Source: Anaerolineae bacterium (GTDB taxonomy: Bacteria; Chloroflexota; Anaerolineae; Aggregatilineales; J027). Taken from it: a stretch of DNA of 64,000 nt. The DNA is taken from the NCBI GenBank assembly GCA_019913005.1, contig JAIOHL010000124.1, forward strand, positions 31,107 through 95,106, given 5' to 3'. Position numbers and translations under genes: made by a program. How positions within the stretch are numbered: the stretch's first letter is position 1; each line of letters starts with the position of its first letter. This document shows, piece after piece, positions 1-9,460 of the stretch. The notes beneath the pieces are model-generated. The model saw only the letters and a program-made list of their open reading frames with translations. It was not told the origin of the DNA and did no database searches.

Positions 1-894
1 TAAAACATTGGAGATATTGTGCATTCCACGCAGCTTGATCTTATCACGGTTGCAGATCACCTTTGCCATCATGGTTGGCGAGCAGTTACCCATCAACATC
101 AAGCGCTCACCCACCAGACATGCCCCATCCGCCACTAGGGTCGCAATCGAGAAGGAGGCTTTTTCGCCGGGGGCGTGATCGCTAAGGGCGCTGGCTATCA
201 GATTGTCCCGTCCATAAATCAATATATCATCCGGGCCTTGATTCATAAAAATCTGCGATTTAGCTCTGGCATATTCTTCCATCGTGCCATGCCGATCCAG
301 ATGATTAGGGGTGATGTTCAACAAGCAGGCAATTGGTGGGCTAACATCGGCCAATTCTAACTGGAAACTGCTCAGTTCCATCACCACTGTGTCATCTGGT
401 TGAATTTCATCCAAATAGTCGAGCAAAACGTCGCCAATATTGCCGCCGACCCACGTGTGTTTACCCGCTTTCTTGCACATTTCACCAACGAGGGTGGTCG
501 TGGTGGTCTTGCCCGCACTGCCCGAGATCCCAATTACTGGTGCGGGACAGCGTTCCAAAAAGAGGATGGCATCGTTGGTGACACGAATGCCACGATGAAA
601 GGCCTCTTGCACAATCGGAATATTGAGCGGCACCCCCCCCGAAACGCACAAAACATCAGCATCATCCAATAATTCATTGGGATGCCCCCCAAGTGCAAAT
701 TTGACATTGGGTTCGGTGATAAATTCCATAATATCATCGGCAAGATCACCTGCATCACGCTTATCGGACAGCGTTACACGAGCGCCCTGAGTCGGCAACC
801 AACGGGCCAATGCCTTACCCTGTCGCGCCATGCCGAGGACAACCACGTTTTTGCCCTTTAAAGATATGGAGTCGGGTTCATTCACAGTGGTCAT
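1..894 (-). CDS. murD: UDP-N-acetylmuramoyl-L-alanine--D-glutamate ligase (partial, runs off the left edge)
   Basis: Not in the ORF track. Manual translation from ATG at 894 gives MTTVNEPDSISLKGKNVVVLGMARQG..., with GISGSAGKTTTT (P-loop), ELSSFQL, LNITPNHLDRHG and GMHNISNVL at the edge. Lies downstream of mraY. Confidence 0.95.
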   Translation of the reverse strand, partial: MTTVNEPDSISLKGKNVVVLGMARQGKALARWLPTQGARVTLSDKRDAGDLADDIMEFITEPNVKFALGGHPNELLDDADVLCVSGGVPLNIPIVQEAFHRGIRVTNDAILFLERCPAPVIGISGSAGKTTTTTLVGEMCKKAGKHTWVGGNIGDVLLDYLDEIQPDDTVVMELSSFQLELADVSPPIACLLNITPNHLDRHGTMEEYARAKSQIFMNQGPDDILIYGRDNLIASALSDHAPGEKASFSIATLVADGACLVGERLMLMGNCSPTMMAKVICNRDKIKLRGMHNISNVL

Positions 895-968
895 AGCAAC
901 TTAGCCATTTCAAAGATAGATTGATTGGGATCAAGATAATTTTATTTAATTGTACCGCTACTGTGGGA

Positions 969-1496
969 CTATTCCGAAAATTCGACACTGAGAATTTTGC
1001 GGGAACGAGGCAGAACATAAAAAGTATAGTGCAAACCATCTTGGATGAGGTCAAGCACCGCCGCCTCCATCAATAAATGAGTATGCCGAACCTGCAAATA
1101 GAGTCCATGCCGTTTGACCGGGCCAGAGAGGGCCAATACCCGTCCGCGTAGTATATCGAAGGGCAACAAAAGGGACTTGAAGTTAATCGTCGCATAAAAG
1201 CTAAAAGCGATGACGCCTGTGAGATAACCCGCCAACGCCCCACTATCCGTCAAAATATCCCCGAACGATTGATCCGTCCCCCACGCCACTAAAATCAGTC
1301 CAACCACAATGGGGCCAAGCAACAGCAGCAAACCAACCAGCACCGTTGACCAAAATTGCGCCACTAATTTCCGTCGCTGCCTAAGCGTCAATTTCCCTTC
1401 GCGGTTGGCCCGCAGATCGTCGGAGGTGAAATGAAACGCCATACCGAGTTGGGCGATGGGGGTCAATTCTTGGAGAGATTGGGATGATTTTTCCAT
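969..1496 (-). CDS. Uncharacterised membrane protein with 2 predicted TM helices (likely start MEKSSQ at 1496)
   Basis: Two hydrophobic stretches (VLVGLLLLLGPIVVGLILVAWG; LAGYLTGVIAFSFYATI) followed by a beta-rich C-terminus. Co-oriented between mraY and murD. Confidence 0.75.
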   Translation of the reverse strand: MEKSSQSLQELTPIAQLGMAFHFTSDDLRANREGKLTLRQRRKLVAQFWSTVLVGLLLLLGPIVVGLILVAWGTDQSFGDILTDSGALAGYLTGVIAFSFYATINFKSLLLPFDILRGRVLALSGPVKRHGLYLQVRHTHLLMEAAVLDLIQDGLHYTFYVLPRSRKILSVEFSE

Positions 1497-1503
1497 AGGT
1501 AGG

Positions 1504-2523
1504 TTATAGAAGGGCAAACGCGACGCCTGTCATCGCAGCAAGGATACCAACGAGCCAGAAGCGTTGTACCACTTGGGTTTCGCTCCACCCGGCCATTTCA
1601 AAATGATGATGCAGAGGAGCTTTGCGGAAAATGCGATGTCCGCCTGACCACTTAAAATAGGAAATCTGAATAATCACACTTAAGGCTTCGGCAACTGGAA
1701 TAATCGCAATGAGTGGGAGAAGCAGCCATTGTCCGGTCATCAGGGCAATCGTAGCGAGTGATGCCCCCAGCGCCAGCGACCCCGTATCTCCCATAAATAA
1801 TTGGGCAGGGTGCGCGTTGTACCACAAAAAGCCGAAACACGCGCCGACCATAATAAAACAAAACTGCACCAAAAAGACCTGCCCTTGCAATGCCCCAATA
1901 AAGCCATAGGCGGCAAAAGCACTGGCGGTGATAATCCCAGCTAACCCATCCAACCCATCCGTAAAATTCAGCGCATTCGAGAAGCCGACCAGCAAAAGTG
2001 TGGCAATTCCAATCCAGAGGATGGGGGGAATCGCAATTTCATCGGTGAAGAGGGGTATCAAGATGGCATTGCTAAATTGGACTTTGGCCCGACTCATAAT
2101 CACCGCGACGATAATAGCTAAGGCAATTTGGGCCATCAATTTGGCACGTGGCGAAATCCCCAAGCCGATTTTGGTCTTGTCTTTATCTTTAGAGCGTAGA
2201 ATTCCCTCCCAATCATCATAGGCTCCCAAAAATCCATAACCGATGAGCACCAAAAGGGGAATCAAGATGGATTGCCCGGTCAGGCCTTCGCGGATCAGCC
2301 CTGCCAAATTGAGGCCCATCGTAATCCCCAAGACTGGGATGAGAATCAAAATTCCGCCCATCGTGGGAGTACCTGTTTTGTAAAGATGTTCTTCCAAGCC
2401 CGCCCGAATTTGTTTGCCAATTTTCAGGCGGCGCAAGATTTCAACAAAGGGCGATCCCCAGATAGCGACCAACAAAAACGTGACCGCACCAAGCGAAATT
2501 GCAAATGGAATATCTGAATTCAC
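1504..2523 (-). CDS. mraY: Phospho-N-acetylmuramoyl-pentapeptide transferase
   Basis: Motifs GTPTMGG, YDDW, NALNFTDGLDG, FMGDTGSLALG and KAPLHHHFE; polytopic membrane protein. Confidence 0.97.
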   Translation of the reverse strand: MNSDIPFAISLGAVTFLLVAIWGSPFVEILRRLKIGKQIRAGLEEHLYKTGTPTMGGILILIPVLGITMGLNLAGLIREGLTGQSILIPLLVLIGYGFLGAYDDWEGILRSKDKDKTKIGLGISPRAKLMAQIALAIIVAVIMSRAKVQFSNAILIPLFTDEIAIPPILWIGIATLLLVGFSNALNFTDGLDGLAGIITASAFAAYGFIGALQGQVFLVQFCFIMVGACFGFLWYNAHPAQLFMGDTGSLALGASLATIALMTGQWLLLPLIAIIPVAEALSVIIQISYFKWSGGHRIFRKAPLHHHFEMAGWSETQVVQRFWLVGILAAMTGVAFALL

Positions 2524-2528
2524 GCTAC

Positions 2529-4295
2529 TTATTCCCTATCAAACGGGCGTCCACCCGCGTTAATGAGTTCATTGGCTACGGCATCGGGTGGAATATCCAA
2601 TAAAACAACCAGTCGTTGGGCCAATTTTGCAAAGGTCGGGGCGGCACTTAGGCTGCCATAATAAGAATTCGGAGCAGTGGGCCGATCTAGGAGAACCAGC
2701 ACCGAAACTTGCGGGTCATTGGCCGGGATAAACCCGACAAAACTGGCCCAACTTTCCGTATCGGAATAACGACCATCCGGGCCGATTTTCTGGGATGTAC
2801 CCGTTTTACCCGCGACTTGATAATTCTCAATTTGCCCCTTCGTGCCCTCGCCATTGTTATTGACTACTGCCGCCATGAGTTCCAACACTTGTTGGGCTGT
2901 CGCGGCTGAGATGGGGCGCGAGGTGGGGGTGGGAGTGTGTTCAAAAACATGGTCGCCATCAATGCGCCGTTTGACGATATGTGGTTGCATCATCAGGCCA
3001 TCATTGGCAATCGCGTTAATAGCCGTCATCAGTTGGATAGGCGTTACCGCAATCCCTTGACCAAAGCTCGTTTGGACAAAATTGGCCTCATTATAGCCTC
3101 CGGTGCCGGGCCAATTGACAATGCCCACTTCTTCACCCGCAATATCCACATTGGTGGGCCGCCCAAGCCCAAAACGCTGTAAATAGTCGTACCAGCGTTC
3201 CCGACCAATCCCATCCGCCACCCAATGGGCTGTACAAGTGTTCAAAGAAGTGACCAAACAAGTCGTAAAGGTAGTTCCACCTTTTGGACGACGATCCCAG
3301 TCGCAAATTTGCACCCCCGCCATTTGTTCACAACCGTAATTGGTATATGACCAATTGAGGTCAAGACCGGGCTGCTGAATATCGAGTGCGGCGGCAGCAG
3401 TTAATACTTTAAAGGTACTGCCCGGTTCATAGGTATAACCTACTGTCGGAGTAAAAGCGTTATTCCCCCGAATGGATGGGTCTTCCAAATAGGTTTCAAG
3501 ATCAATCGTCGGATTGGAGACCATCGCCAGAATTTCACCCGTGCGCGGATTCATAATGAGAATCGTGCCACCCAATGCTCCATATTCGGCGACGGCCTCA
3601 TCCAAAATCTGTTGGGCCAGCCATTGAATATCGCGGTCAATGGTGAGTTGCAGCGTCTGACCGTTGCGGACTTCAAAATCATCCGTAATATCTAATAAGC
3701 TGTCGGATTCGGTGGTGATGCGGCTTTGGCCCGCCAATTCCCGCTGATAAAACTCCTCAACGCCATAATATCCAGATGAATTGTAATTCACGAAACCCAA
3801 CACTTGGGTCATGTATGCGCCTTGTGGATAATCACGCTGAGGAATGGGTTCAATCAGAATGCCGGGAATTCGCAAATCAGCCACCGCCTGACTAACTTCG
3901 GCGGTAACAGGTGTTTTCAAAACCACATACCCCGGATAGATACCATTTTCATCGGGCAAAAGCGCCTGATAAATATCGAGTTCACTGGCATCCAAAACCT
4001 TTGCCAGTTCCTTTGCCGTTTCACGCCGATCTTGGCCCAACAAACTGGGGCTAATGGCAATCCGATATTCCATGCGATTCACCGCCAAAATATCACCATC
4101 CCGATCAATAATTTGACCCCGATTAGGCTTGATTTCAACTTCCCGGTTGTCAGTTGACCCTGCCCGCAGTTGCAATTCTTCGGCGACGGCGGGATCGAGG
4201 CGAAATTGGAAGGAGAGCAGTTGGGCAATCAGGGCGACACTAATCAGCGTCATCAACAGTCCGATCAAGTTGAGGCGGTTATTGATGGATGGCAT
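2529..4295 (-). CDS. ftsI: Class B penicillin-binding protein (FtsI/PBP2 family D,D-transpeptidase)
   Basis: N-terminal TM, RGQIIDRDG dimerisation-domain motif, SxxK (GSTFK), SxN (SLN) and KTG (KTGT). Sits between an ftsL-like gene and mraY. Confidence 0.88.
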   Translation of the reverse strand: MPSINNRLNLIGLLMTLISVALIAQLLSFQFRLDPAVAEELQLRAGSTDNREVEIKPNRGQIIDRDGDILAVNRMEYRIAISPSLLGQDRRETAKELAKVLDASELDIYQALLPDENGIYPGYVVLKTPVTAEVSQAVADLRIPGILIEPIPQRDYPQGAYMTQVLGFVNYNSSGYYGVEEFYQRELAGQSRITTESDSLLDITDDFEVRNGQTLQLTIDRDIQWLAQQILDEAVAEYGALGGTILIMNPRTGEILAMVSNPTIDLETYLEDPSIRGNNAFTPTVGYTYEPGSTFKVLTAAAALDIQQPGLDLNWSYTNYGCEQMAGVQICDWDRRPKGGTTFTTCLVTSLNTCTAHWVADGIGRERWYDYLQRFGLGRPTNVDIAGEEVGIVNWPGTGGYNEANFVQTSFGQGIAVTPIQLMTAINAIANDGLMMQPHIVKRRIDGDHVFEHTPTPTSRPISAATAQQVLELMAAVVNNNGEGTKGQIENYQVAGKTGTSQKIGPDGRYSDTESWASFVGFIPANDPQVSVLVLLDRPTAPNSYYGSLSAAPTFAKLAQRLVVLLDIPPDAVANELINAGGRPFDRE

Positions 4296-4319
4296 AACAC
4301 ATGTTCTCCTGCAACGCTA

Positions 4320-4808
4320 CTAGTTGCCCCACTCGCTGAATTGGTCAATTAAGGCGTCATATTGGCGTTTGAGCCAACCCGCGAAATTTTCTTGGTATTC
4401 TTCCGGTGTCGCAGTAGATGGTACCAACGTTGGTGTTGGTGCAGGCACATTATATACATAGCCATCTACCACTAAATAGAAAATATCTTCCGGGCCTGCC
4501 TGTTGAAAGCCAAGCGTGGCGGCACGGGTCTGCAAACTGGCGAGGTTCTGCATTCGGGCAATATCCGCACGCAGTACCTCATTTTCACGTTCAAGGCGGC
4601 TACGATGTTCGCTCATCTGTTGAATATCACGGGCCGTCGTGATACTGGTGGTCGTTTGGGCCAGATACAACCCGCCGATAATAATGGTCACAACCGCCAC
4701 CAAGACGACCACCGCCACCACCTGCTTCTGATTTTCAGCGGTGCTGCGAAAAAAAACCTTGCGTAAAAAGGCATCTTGGCCGTCAGGATTCGGTGTTTGG
4801 CTCGACAT
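4320..4808 (-). CDS. ftsL: FtsL-like cell division protein
   Basis: Short cytoplasmic N-terminus, single TM, coiled coil (MSEHRSRLERENEVLRADIARMQNL), then TRAATLGF. Directly upstream of ftsI. Confidence 0.65.
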   Translation of the reverse strand: MSSQTPNPDGQDAFLRKVFFRSTAENQKQVVAVVVLVAVVTIIIGGLYLAQTTTSITTARDIQQMSEHRSRLERENEVLRADIARMQNLASLQTRAATLGFQQAGPEDIFYLVVDGYVYNVPAPTPTLVPSTATPEEYQENFAGWLKRQYDALIDQFSEWGN

Positions 4809-4914
4809 GCTTCAATATATCCCTCAAAAAAGTTTTGACCATTATATCCTCTCGCCTATAATCTTAGCGAGTGAATGCAGTGTTTGAATTATCTTCCACT
4901 CACAGGAGTCCGTT

Positions 4915-6216
4915 ATGACCGACCAATCTGTCCTGCTCGTTGAAGTCCCCCCACCTATTCCGGCATCCAGTCGCAAGATTTTGGCGGCGCTGGACAATGC
5001 ATGGCGACGTTTTAATGCCTTTGATGAAGCCTCAAAAAAGCTCAAAACACGGTACAAGCGGGTGCGGTGGAGCATCATTTTGATCAGTTTCATTACCACC
5101 TGTGCCGCTGTGGCTGATGCCCGCTTCAGCCGAGACGATGAAGGGCTTAAAATTTTTATGGGTGTGCTGTTGGTCATCTTGCCCCTTTTGAGTGCCGCCG
5201 TTTTGACCTATGCTGCTCGTTTTGAGGCAGGCAATGGTTGGGTGGGTTTCCGAGTTGCCGCTGAAACCATCAAATTGAGCATCTATGAACTTCGACTCAA
5301 GCGTTATCTCGATCAAGTCACCCTAGATGATCTGGAAAAGCTGGCAAAGGTGATTGAAAAAACGGATGAACAGCTTGAGGGCATGGGAGTCAGCACCCCG
5401 ATTGAAATCAACTTAATTGATAACAGCGAGGGCAAAGAATCAAAACAATTTGCCAAGCCCAATCCCTATGCTACTGACCACTCTGAAGATGATGGCTATA
5501 GCCCATTGGCACTCGATGAGTATTTGCGGATGCGGGTGCTGCCGCAAGCCGAATGGTATAACCGTCGGGCTGTCGCAGATTTCAAAAAAACCCGTCAGTG
5601 GCGAGCCATCATTTTGTTTGTGGGGGTGGTTGGCCCAGCCCTTGCTGCGATGGGGGTAGGGTATTTGGTGGCGGTGACGGTGGCTTTGGTGAATGGCCTT
5701 TTAGCGTACATCGGGCTGCAACAATATGAACAAAATTATGGGATTTATAGCAAGACGGCCCGTCAATTAGAGAACTTAGTCAACCAGATTGAACCCAAAA
5801 TGGACAATTTAACCCCGCCTGAAATTTTGGACTGGGTTCGCAAATTTGAAACCGTTTTTGGCAGTGAGCGCGAAATGTGGCAATTAACCGTGCTGCGAGG
5901 ACAAAGCGCCACCGAAGAAGCCCTAACTCAATTGGTAAATTCGCGTACCAGCGTGCTGCAAAACAGCGATTTGGGCAAATTAGTAGGAGGGCAAGGTGGT
6001 TTTACAGTTAGTCAAGGCTCGGTAGCGACCACTGAACGGGTTTCCGTATCACGGGTAACTACCTATGGGCCAGCGGCTGAACCAGCAGGTTATGTCACGC
6101 CGCAAGTTCCGACCAGCTATCCGGGAACGTCTGCCGGGGCCGTGCCGCCTGTTGAATCTACTGGAGAGGACGAACCGCCCTATCCGCCCAGCTATCCGAT
6201 GTATCCGCCGGGATGA
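4915..6216 (+). CDS. Tandem DUF4231/SLATT-like 2TM-domain protein with a low-complexity P/Y-rich tail
   Basis: Two repeats of amphipathic helix plus TM hairpin plus W/Y-R-x-x-A-E-like helix: (WRRFNAFDEASKKLK...WVGFRVAAETIK) and (YLRMRVLPQAEWYNRRA...YGIYSKTARQLE...FETVF). Confidence 0.7.
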   Translation: MTDQSVLLVEVPPPIPASSRKILAALDNAWRRFNAFDEASKKLKTRYKRVRWSIILISFITTCAAVADARFSRDDEGLKIFMGVLLVILPLLSAAVLTYAARFEAGNGWVGFRVAAETIKLSIYELRLKRYLDQVTLDDLEKLAKVIEKTDEQLEGMGVSTPIEINLIDNSEGKESKQFAKPNPYATDHSEDDGYSPLALDEYLRMRVLPQAEWYNRRAVADFKKTRQWRAIILFVGVVGPALAAMGVGYLVAVTVALVNGLLAYIGLQQYEQNYGIYSKTARQLENLVNQIEPKMDNLTPPEILDWVRKFETVFGSEREMWQLTVLRGQSATEEALTQLVNSRTSVLQNSDLGKLVGGQGGFTVSQGSVATTERVSVSRVTTYGPAAEPAGYVTPQVPTSYPGTSAGAVPPVESTGEDEPPYPPSYPMYPPG

Positions 6217-6217
6217 T

Positions 6218-6628
6218 TTAATCCTGACTAATCGGTTCGCGTGGTGGGCCATCATATTGGCGGATATATAATGCTCCCAATTGATCTGCCCACCACTGCT
6301 GATACACTTCATTGGAAATGTCAAAAATGAAATTGACGGTATAGCGACAGTTTTGGCAAACCGTTACCAGTTCACTCAGTCCTTGTCCGGCCCGATTCAA
6401 ATGTGCAATAACACGCAGTTTGCCACCACAGGATGGACAGGGTGTCGTCTGAACATATTCATGTTGACAGGTGTTGTCCTGCGCGATGATATAACCTTCT
6501 TCGGTATACCAAAAAAGATGCTCATTGCGATTAGGATTACGCCCCAATGATTGGTCAGATGGCACGAGAGACGAGGCACTATGGTCATCATCCGGCGGCG
6601 AAGATTTCTTTTTTCCAAAAAAACTCAT
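6218..6628 (-). CDS. Small zinc-ribbon protein (likely start MSFFGKK at 6628)
   Basis: CPSCGG...CQNC cysteine pairs followed by FIFDIS; downstream of pyrH. Confidence 0.65.
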   Translation of the reverse strand: MSFFGKKKSSPPDDDHSASSLVPSDQSLGRNPNRNEHLFWYTEEGYIIAQDNTCQHEYVQTTPCPSCGGKLRVIAHLNRAGQGLSELVTVCQNCRYTVNFIFDISNEVYQQWWADQLGALYIRQYDGPPREPISQD

Positions 6629-6852
6629 GCTATAGCTCCCATCGGGCCATCTCATATGAGGTTTGGTTAATCCGCAAACTTCCAAACAACAGTGTTAAAC
6701 CCTTGTTGGTAAGATAGCCCCACACTTCAGTCGAACATCGTCAAAGAACTGTAGCTTAATTGTATCGGAAAATGACAAACCTGCCGTGTGGTTTTTGTCC
6801 ATAAATCAATACTAGCCAAAGAAGAATATTTCCATGCGTTGGCTGGTGACAA

Positions 6853-7596
6853 CTATTCCTTGCCGACAAACGTCCCAATCGCGTGCCCCAAGACGGCTTG
6901 GGCCAATGCGCCTTCGTGCCAAAAATCCAACACGACAATTGGCATATTGTTATCCATACAGAGGGTGAAGGCCGTCATATCCATGATCTTGAGACGATAG
7001 TTAATGGCCTCAGAAAATGTAATTCGTTCAAAGCGCTCGGCATTGGGATTAATCTTGGGGTCCTCCCGATAAATGCCATCTACTTTGGTCGCCTTGATAA
7101 TGACATCGGCTTGAATTTCGGCTGCACGCAGGGCCGCTGCTGTGTCAGTGGTGAAAAATGGATTGCCCGTCCCCCCCGCGATAATCACCACACGCCCTTT
7201 TTCCATATGCCGAATCGCCCGCAGACGAATATAAGGTTCGGCGACCTTGTTCATTTCAATCGCCGTCTGGACACGGGTTTCCACACCCAAGCGTTGCAAA
7301 GCATCTTGCAGGGCCATGCCATTCATCACAGTGGCGATCATGCCCATGTAGTCGGCGGTACTTTGATCCATGCCACCCTGCACTCCCATATTGCCACGCC
7401 AAAGATTACCGGCCCCAATCACAATGGCGATTTGAACACCGAGGTCATGCACCTCTTTGATACGCCGTGCAATGGTGCCAGCTTCGATAGGGTCAATTCC
7501 ATATCCTTCGGGGCCAGCCATAGCCTCACCACTGAGTTTGATAACAATCCGGCGATAGATGGGCGTTTGAGCCAGAGTACCAAGTGAACCTACCAT
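6853..7596 (-). CDS. pyrH: Uridylate kinase
   Basis: KLSGEA, GAGNLWRG, DYMGMIATVMN, GGTGNPFFTTD and KIMDMTA motifs; rpsB-tsf-pyrH context. Confidence 0.97.
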   Translation of the reverse strand: MVGSLGTLAQTPIYRRIVIKLSGEAMAGPEGYGIDPIEAGTIARRIKEVHDLGVQIAIVIGAGNLWRGNMGVQGGMDQSTADYMGMIATVMNGMALQDALQRLGVETRVQTAIEMNKVAEPYIRLRAIRHMEKGRVVIIAGGTGNPFFTTDTAAALRAAEIQADVIIKATKVDGIYREDPKINPNAERFERITFSEAINYRLKIMDMTAFTLCMDNNMPIVVLDFWHEGALAQAVLGHAIGTFVGKE

Positions 7597-7632
7597 GCGA
7601 TTTTTTGTTCCTTTCTAGGGATGCTGTTCTAC

Positions 7633-7669
7633 AAAAAAAGGGAACCCGGCCACTGCCAGATTCCCTTTT
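7633..7669 (-). terminator. Intrinsic terminator after tsf
   Basis: Minus strand reads AAAAGGGAATCTGGC-AGTG-GCCGGGTTCCCTTTT followed by further T residues, about 30 nt after the tsf stop. Confidence 0.75.
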
Positions 7670-7699
7670 GATCGTTCACATTACGCTCCGCGACCCGTG

Positions 7700-8332
7700 T
7701 TATTCTTCGCCTTCAGCGGGTTCATCACCCACTTCGCCGAGTTCAAAACGGACAAAGCGCCGAATCACCACATTTTCGCCAACTGCGGCCACCGCTTCCT
7801 TACGGAGTTGTTCGATGGTCTTGGCATCATCCTTGATGAAGGGTTGTTCCAGCAGCACAATGTCTGCAAAGAATTTCTCCATCCGTCCGTCCACGATCTT
7901 TTCAATGATGTTGGCGGGGCGAGATTTGCCTTCTTCGAGGGCGATTTTTTGTTGAACGCCACGTTCGGCATCAATGATTGATTGCGGGATTTCTTCGCGG
8001 CGAACATATTTGGGCGCGAGGTTGGCAATATGCAGGGCCACATCGCGCGAAAACTGTTGGAACGCTGGAGTCTTGGCTACGAAATCGGTTTCACAGTTGA
8101 CTTCGACCACTACCGCTAAACGTCCATTGTGATGCTGATAGGTTTGGATAAGGCCTTCGTTGGCAACCCGACCCGCTTTTTTGGCAGCCTTTGCCAAGCC
8201 TTTTTCGCGCAGGAAATTGGCGGCTTTATTCAGATCACCTTCAAATTGCTCTAACGCTTTTTTGCATTCCGCAGGGCCAACCCCCGTCATTTCACGGAGT
8301 TCTTTGACCTGTTGAGCCGTAATTTGCACCAA
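7700..8332 (-). CDS. tsf: Elongation factor Ts (short form)
   Basis: VKELREMTG..ECKKAL, EVNCETDFVA and IRRFVRFELGE motifs. Confidence 0.97.
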   Translation of the reverse strand: MVQITAQQVKELREMTGVGPAECKKALEQFEGDLNKAANFLREKGLAKAAKKAGRVANEGLIQTYQHHNGRLAVVVEVNCETDFVAKTPAFQQFSRDVALHIANLAPKYVRREEIPQSIIDAERGVQQKIALEEGKSRPANIIEKIVDGRMEKFFADIVLLEQPFIKDDAKTIEQLRKEAVAAVGENVVIRRFVRFELGEVGDEPAEGEE

Positions 8333-8372
8333 GTTTGTTATTCTCCCTTTTTGCTGCTTCTGATTGTTTCAA

Positions 8373-9260
8373 TTATCTTCTGCGTTTGGGCTGATTTTCA
8401 TCTTCCTCGAAAATATCATCATCAAAGGCCAGATCACCTTCACGCAGTTTGGCGAGGGTGGATTCGCCCAAATAGGCCTCATCCAAAGCGCCTTCATCCA
8501 TCGCGCCCGCATAGCCCATATCCGTGATTTCTGCGACTTCAACATCCGACCCGTAAGCCTTACGCATATTGACACCTTCATTGACCGCATCGCTAATCAC
8601 ACTGGTCAATAATTTGATAGCACGAATGGCATCGTCGTTGGAGGGGATGACGAAATCAATCATATCCGGGTCACAGTTGGTATCTACCAGCGCGATGACC
8701 GGAATCTTCATGATATTGGCTTCTTTGACGGCGGTTTGTTCGCGGCGAACATCCACCACGAACATCAGGCTAGGTAGGCGTTCCATTGACCGCAGGCCAC
8801 CTAGACGCAGTTGCAGGCGTGCAATCTTACGCTCAATCAGCAAGCGTTCTTTCTTGGTCAGTTCTTCAAAGGCCCCTTCGGCATTGGCTGCTTCCAATCG
8901 CTTGAGGGTATCAATACGCTGTTTAATCGTCTTCCAATTGGTCAGCGTACCCCCCAACCAACGGGTATTGACATAGGGCATTCCTACACGCTCGGCTTCG
9001 GAAGCAATTGTTTCTTGGGCTTGGCGCTTGGTGCCGACATACAAGATAGTGCCACGACGGGCGGCGGAATCACGCACGAGATCATACACTTCATTGACGG
9101 TGACTACGGTTTGTTGCAGGTCAATGATATGGATGCCATTGCGCTTGGTAAAGATATACGGTTTCATCTTGGGGTTCCACTTCCGGGATTGATGACCGAA
9201 GTGAACACCTGTCTCCAACAAGGCTTTGAGGGAGACGACACTTGAGGACGGTGCAGACAT
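8373..9260 (-). CDS. rpsB: 30S ribosomal protein S2
   Basis: [35 protein letters not shown] and NDDAIRAI motifs; acidic C-terminal tail. Confidence 0.98.
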   Translation of the reverse strand: MSAPSSSVVSLKALLETGVHFGHQSRKWNPKMKPYIFTKRNGIHIIDLQQTVVTVNEVYDLVRDSAARRGTILYVGTKRQAQETIASEAERVGMPYVNTRWLGGTLTNWKTIKQRIDTLKRLEAANAEGAFEELTKKERLLIERKIARLQLRLGGLRSMERLPSLMFVVDVRREQTAVKEANIMKIPVIALVDTNCDPDMIDFVIPSNDDAIRAIKLLTSVISDAVNEGVNMRKAYGSDVEVAEITDMGYAGAMDEGALDEAYLGESTLAKLREGDLAFDDDIFEEDENQPKRRR

Positions 9261-9279
9261 CTGTAAAGCTCCTTAGATT

Positions 9280-9362
9280 GTGTTTTCACGACCACATCCA
9301 TCATCCGGCGCATCAACCCACCGATTAGGGATAGGCAACACTGCGTCGTCAGGATGTGTGGA
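9280..9362 (-). ncRNA. rpsB leader RNA (t44/rpsB-like S2 autoregulatory structure)
   Basis: Minus-strand 5'UTR reads CCACACAUCC...GUGUUGCC...GGGUU...GGAUGUGG-UCGUGAAAACAC. The outer CCAC(AC)AUCC/GGAUGUGG stem and its position upstream of rpsB match the known leader layout. Confidence 0.6.
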
Positions 9363-9402
9363 GATTAGTAAAAAGCGAATTCTCAGCGAATTCAGCGGCG
9401 AA

Positions 9403-9432
9403 ATTTTATCAGATTTGTACAGGGGATTTCAA
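9403..9432 (-). promoter_or_regulatory. Putative sigma70-type promoter of rpsB-tsf
   Basis: TTGAAA-N18-TAAAAT with an extended -10 TG, immediately upstream of the leader. Confidence 0.55.
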
Positions 9433-9460
9433 GCGAGAACTTCTGGATACCATTTTTACA

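Noticed and set aside
175-758. Short track ORFs 175-360, 400-672 and 534-758
   Set aside because: They overlap the murD reading frame, which is missing from the track only because it has no stop codon in the window.
4842-5316. Minus-strand ORFs opposite the SLATT gene
   Set aside because: Antisense shadows with no recognisable motifs.
6883-7587. 234-aa plus-strand ORF
   Set aside because: Fully antisense to the unambiguous pyrH; a codon-bias shadow.
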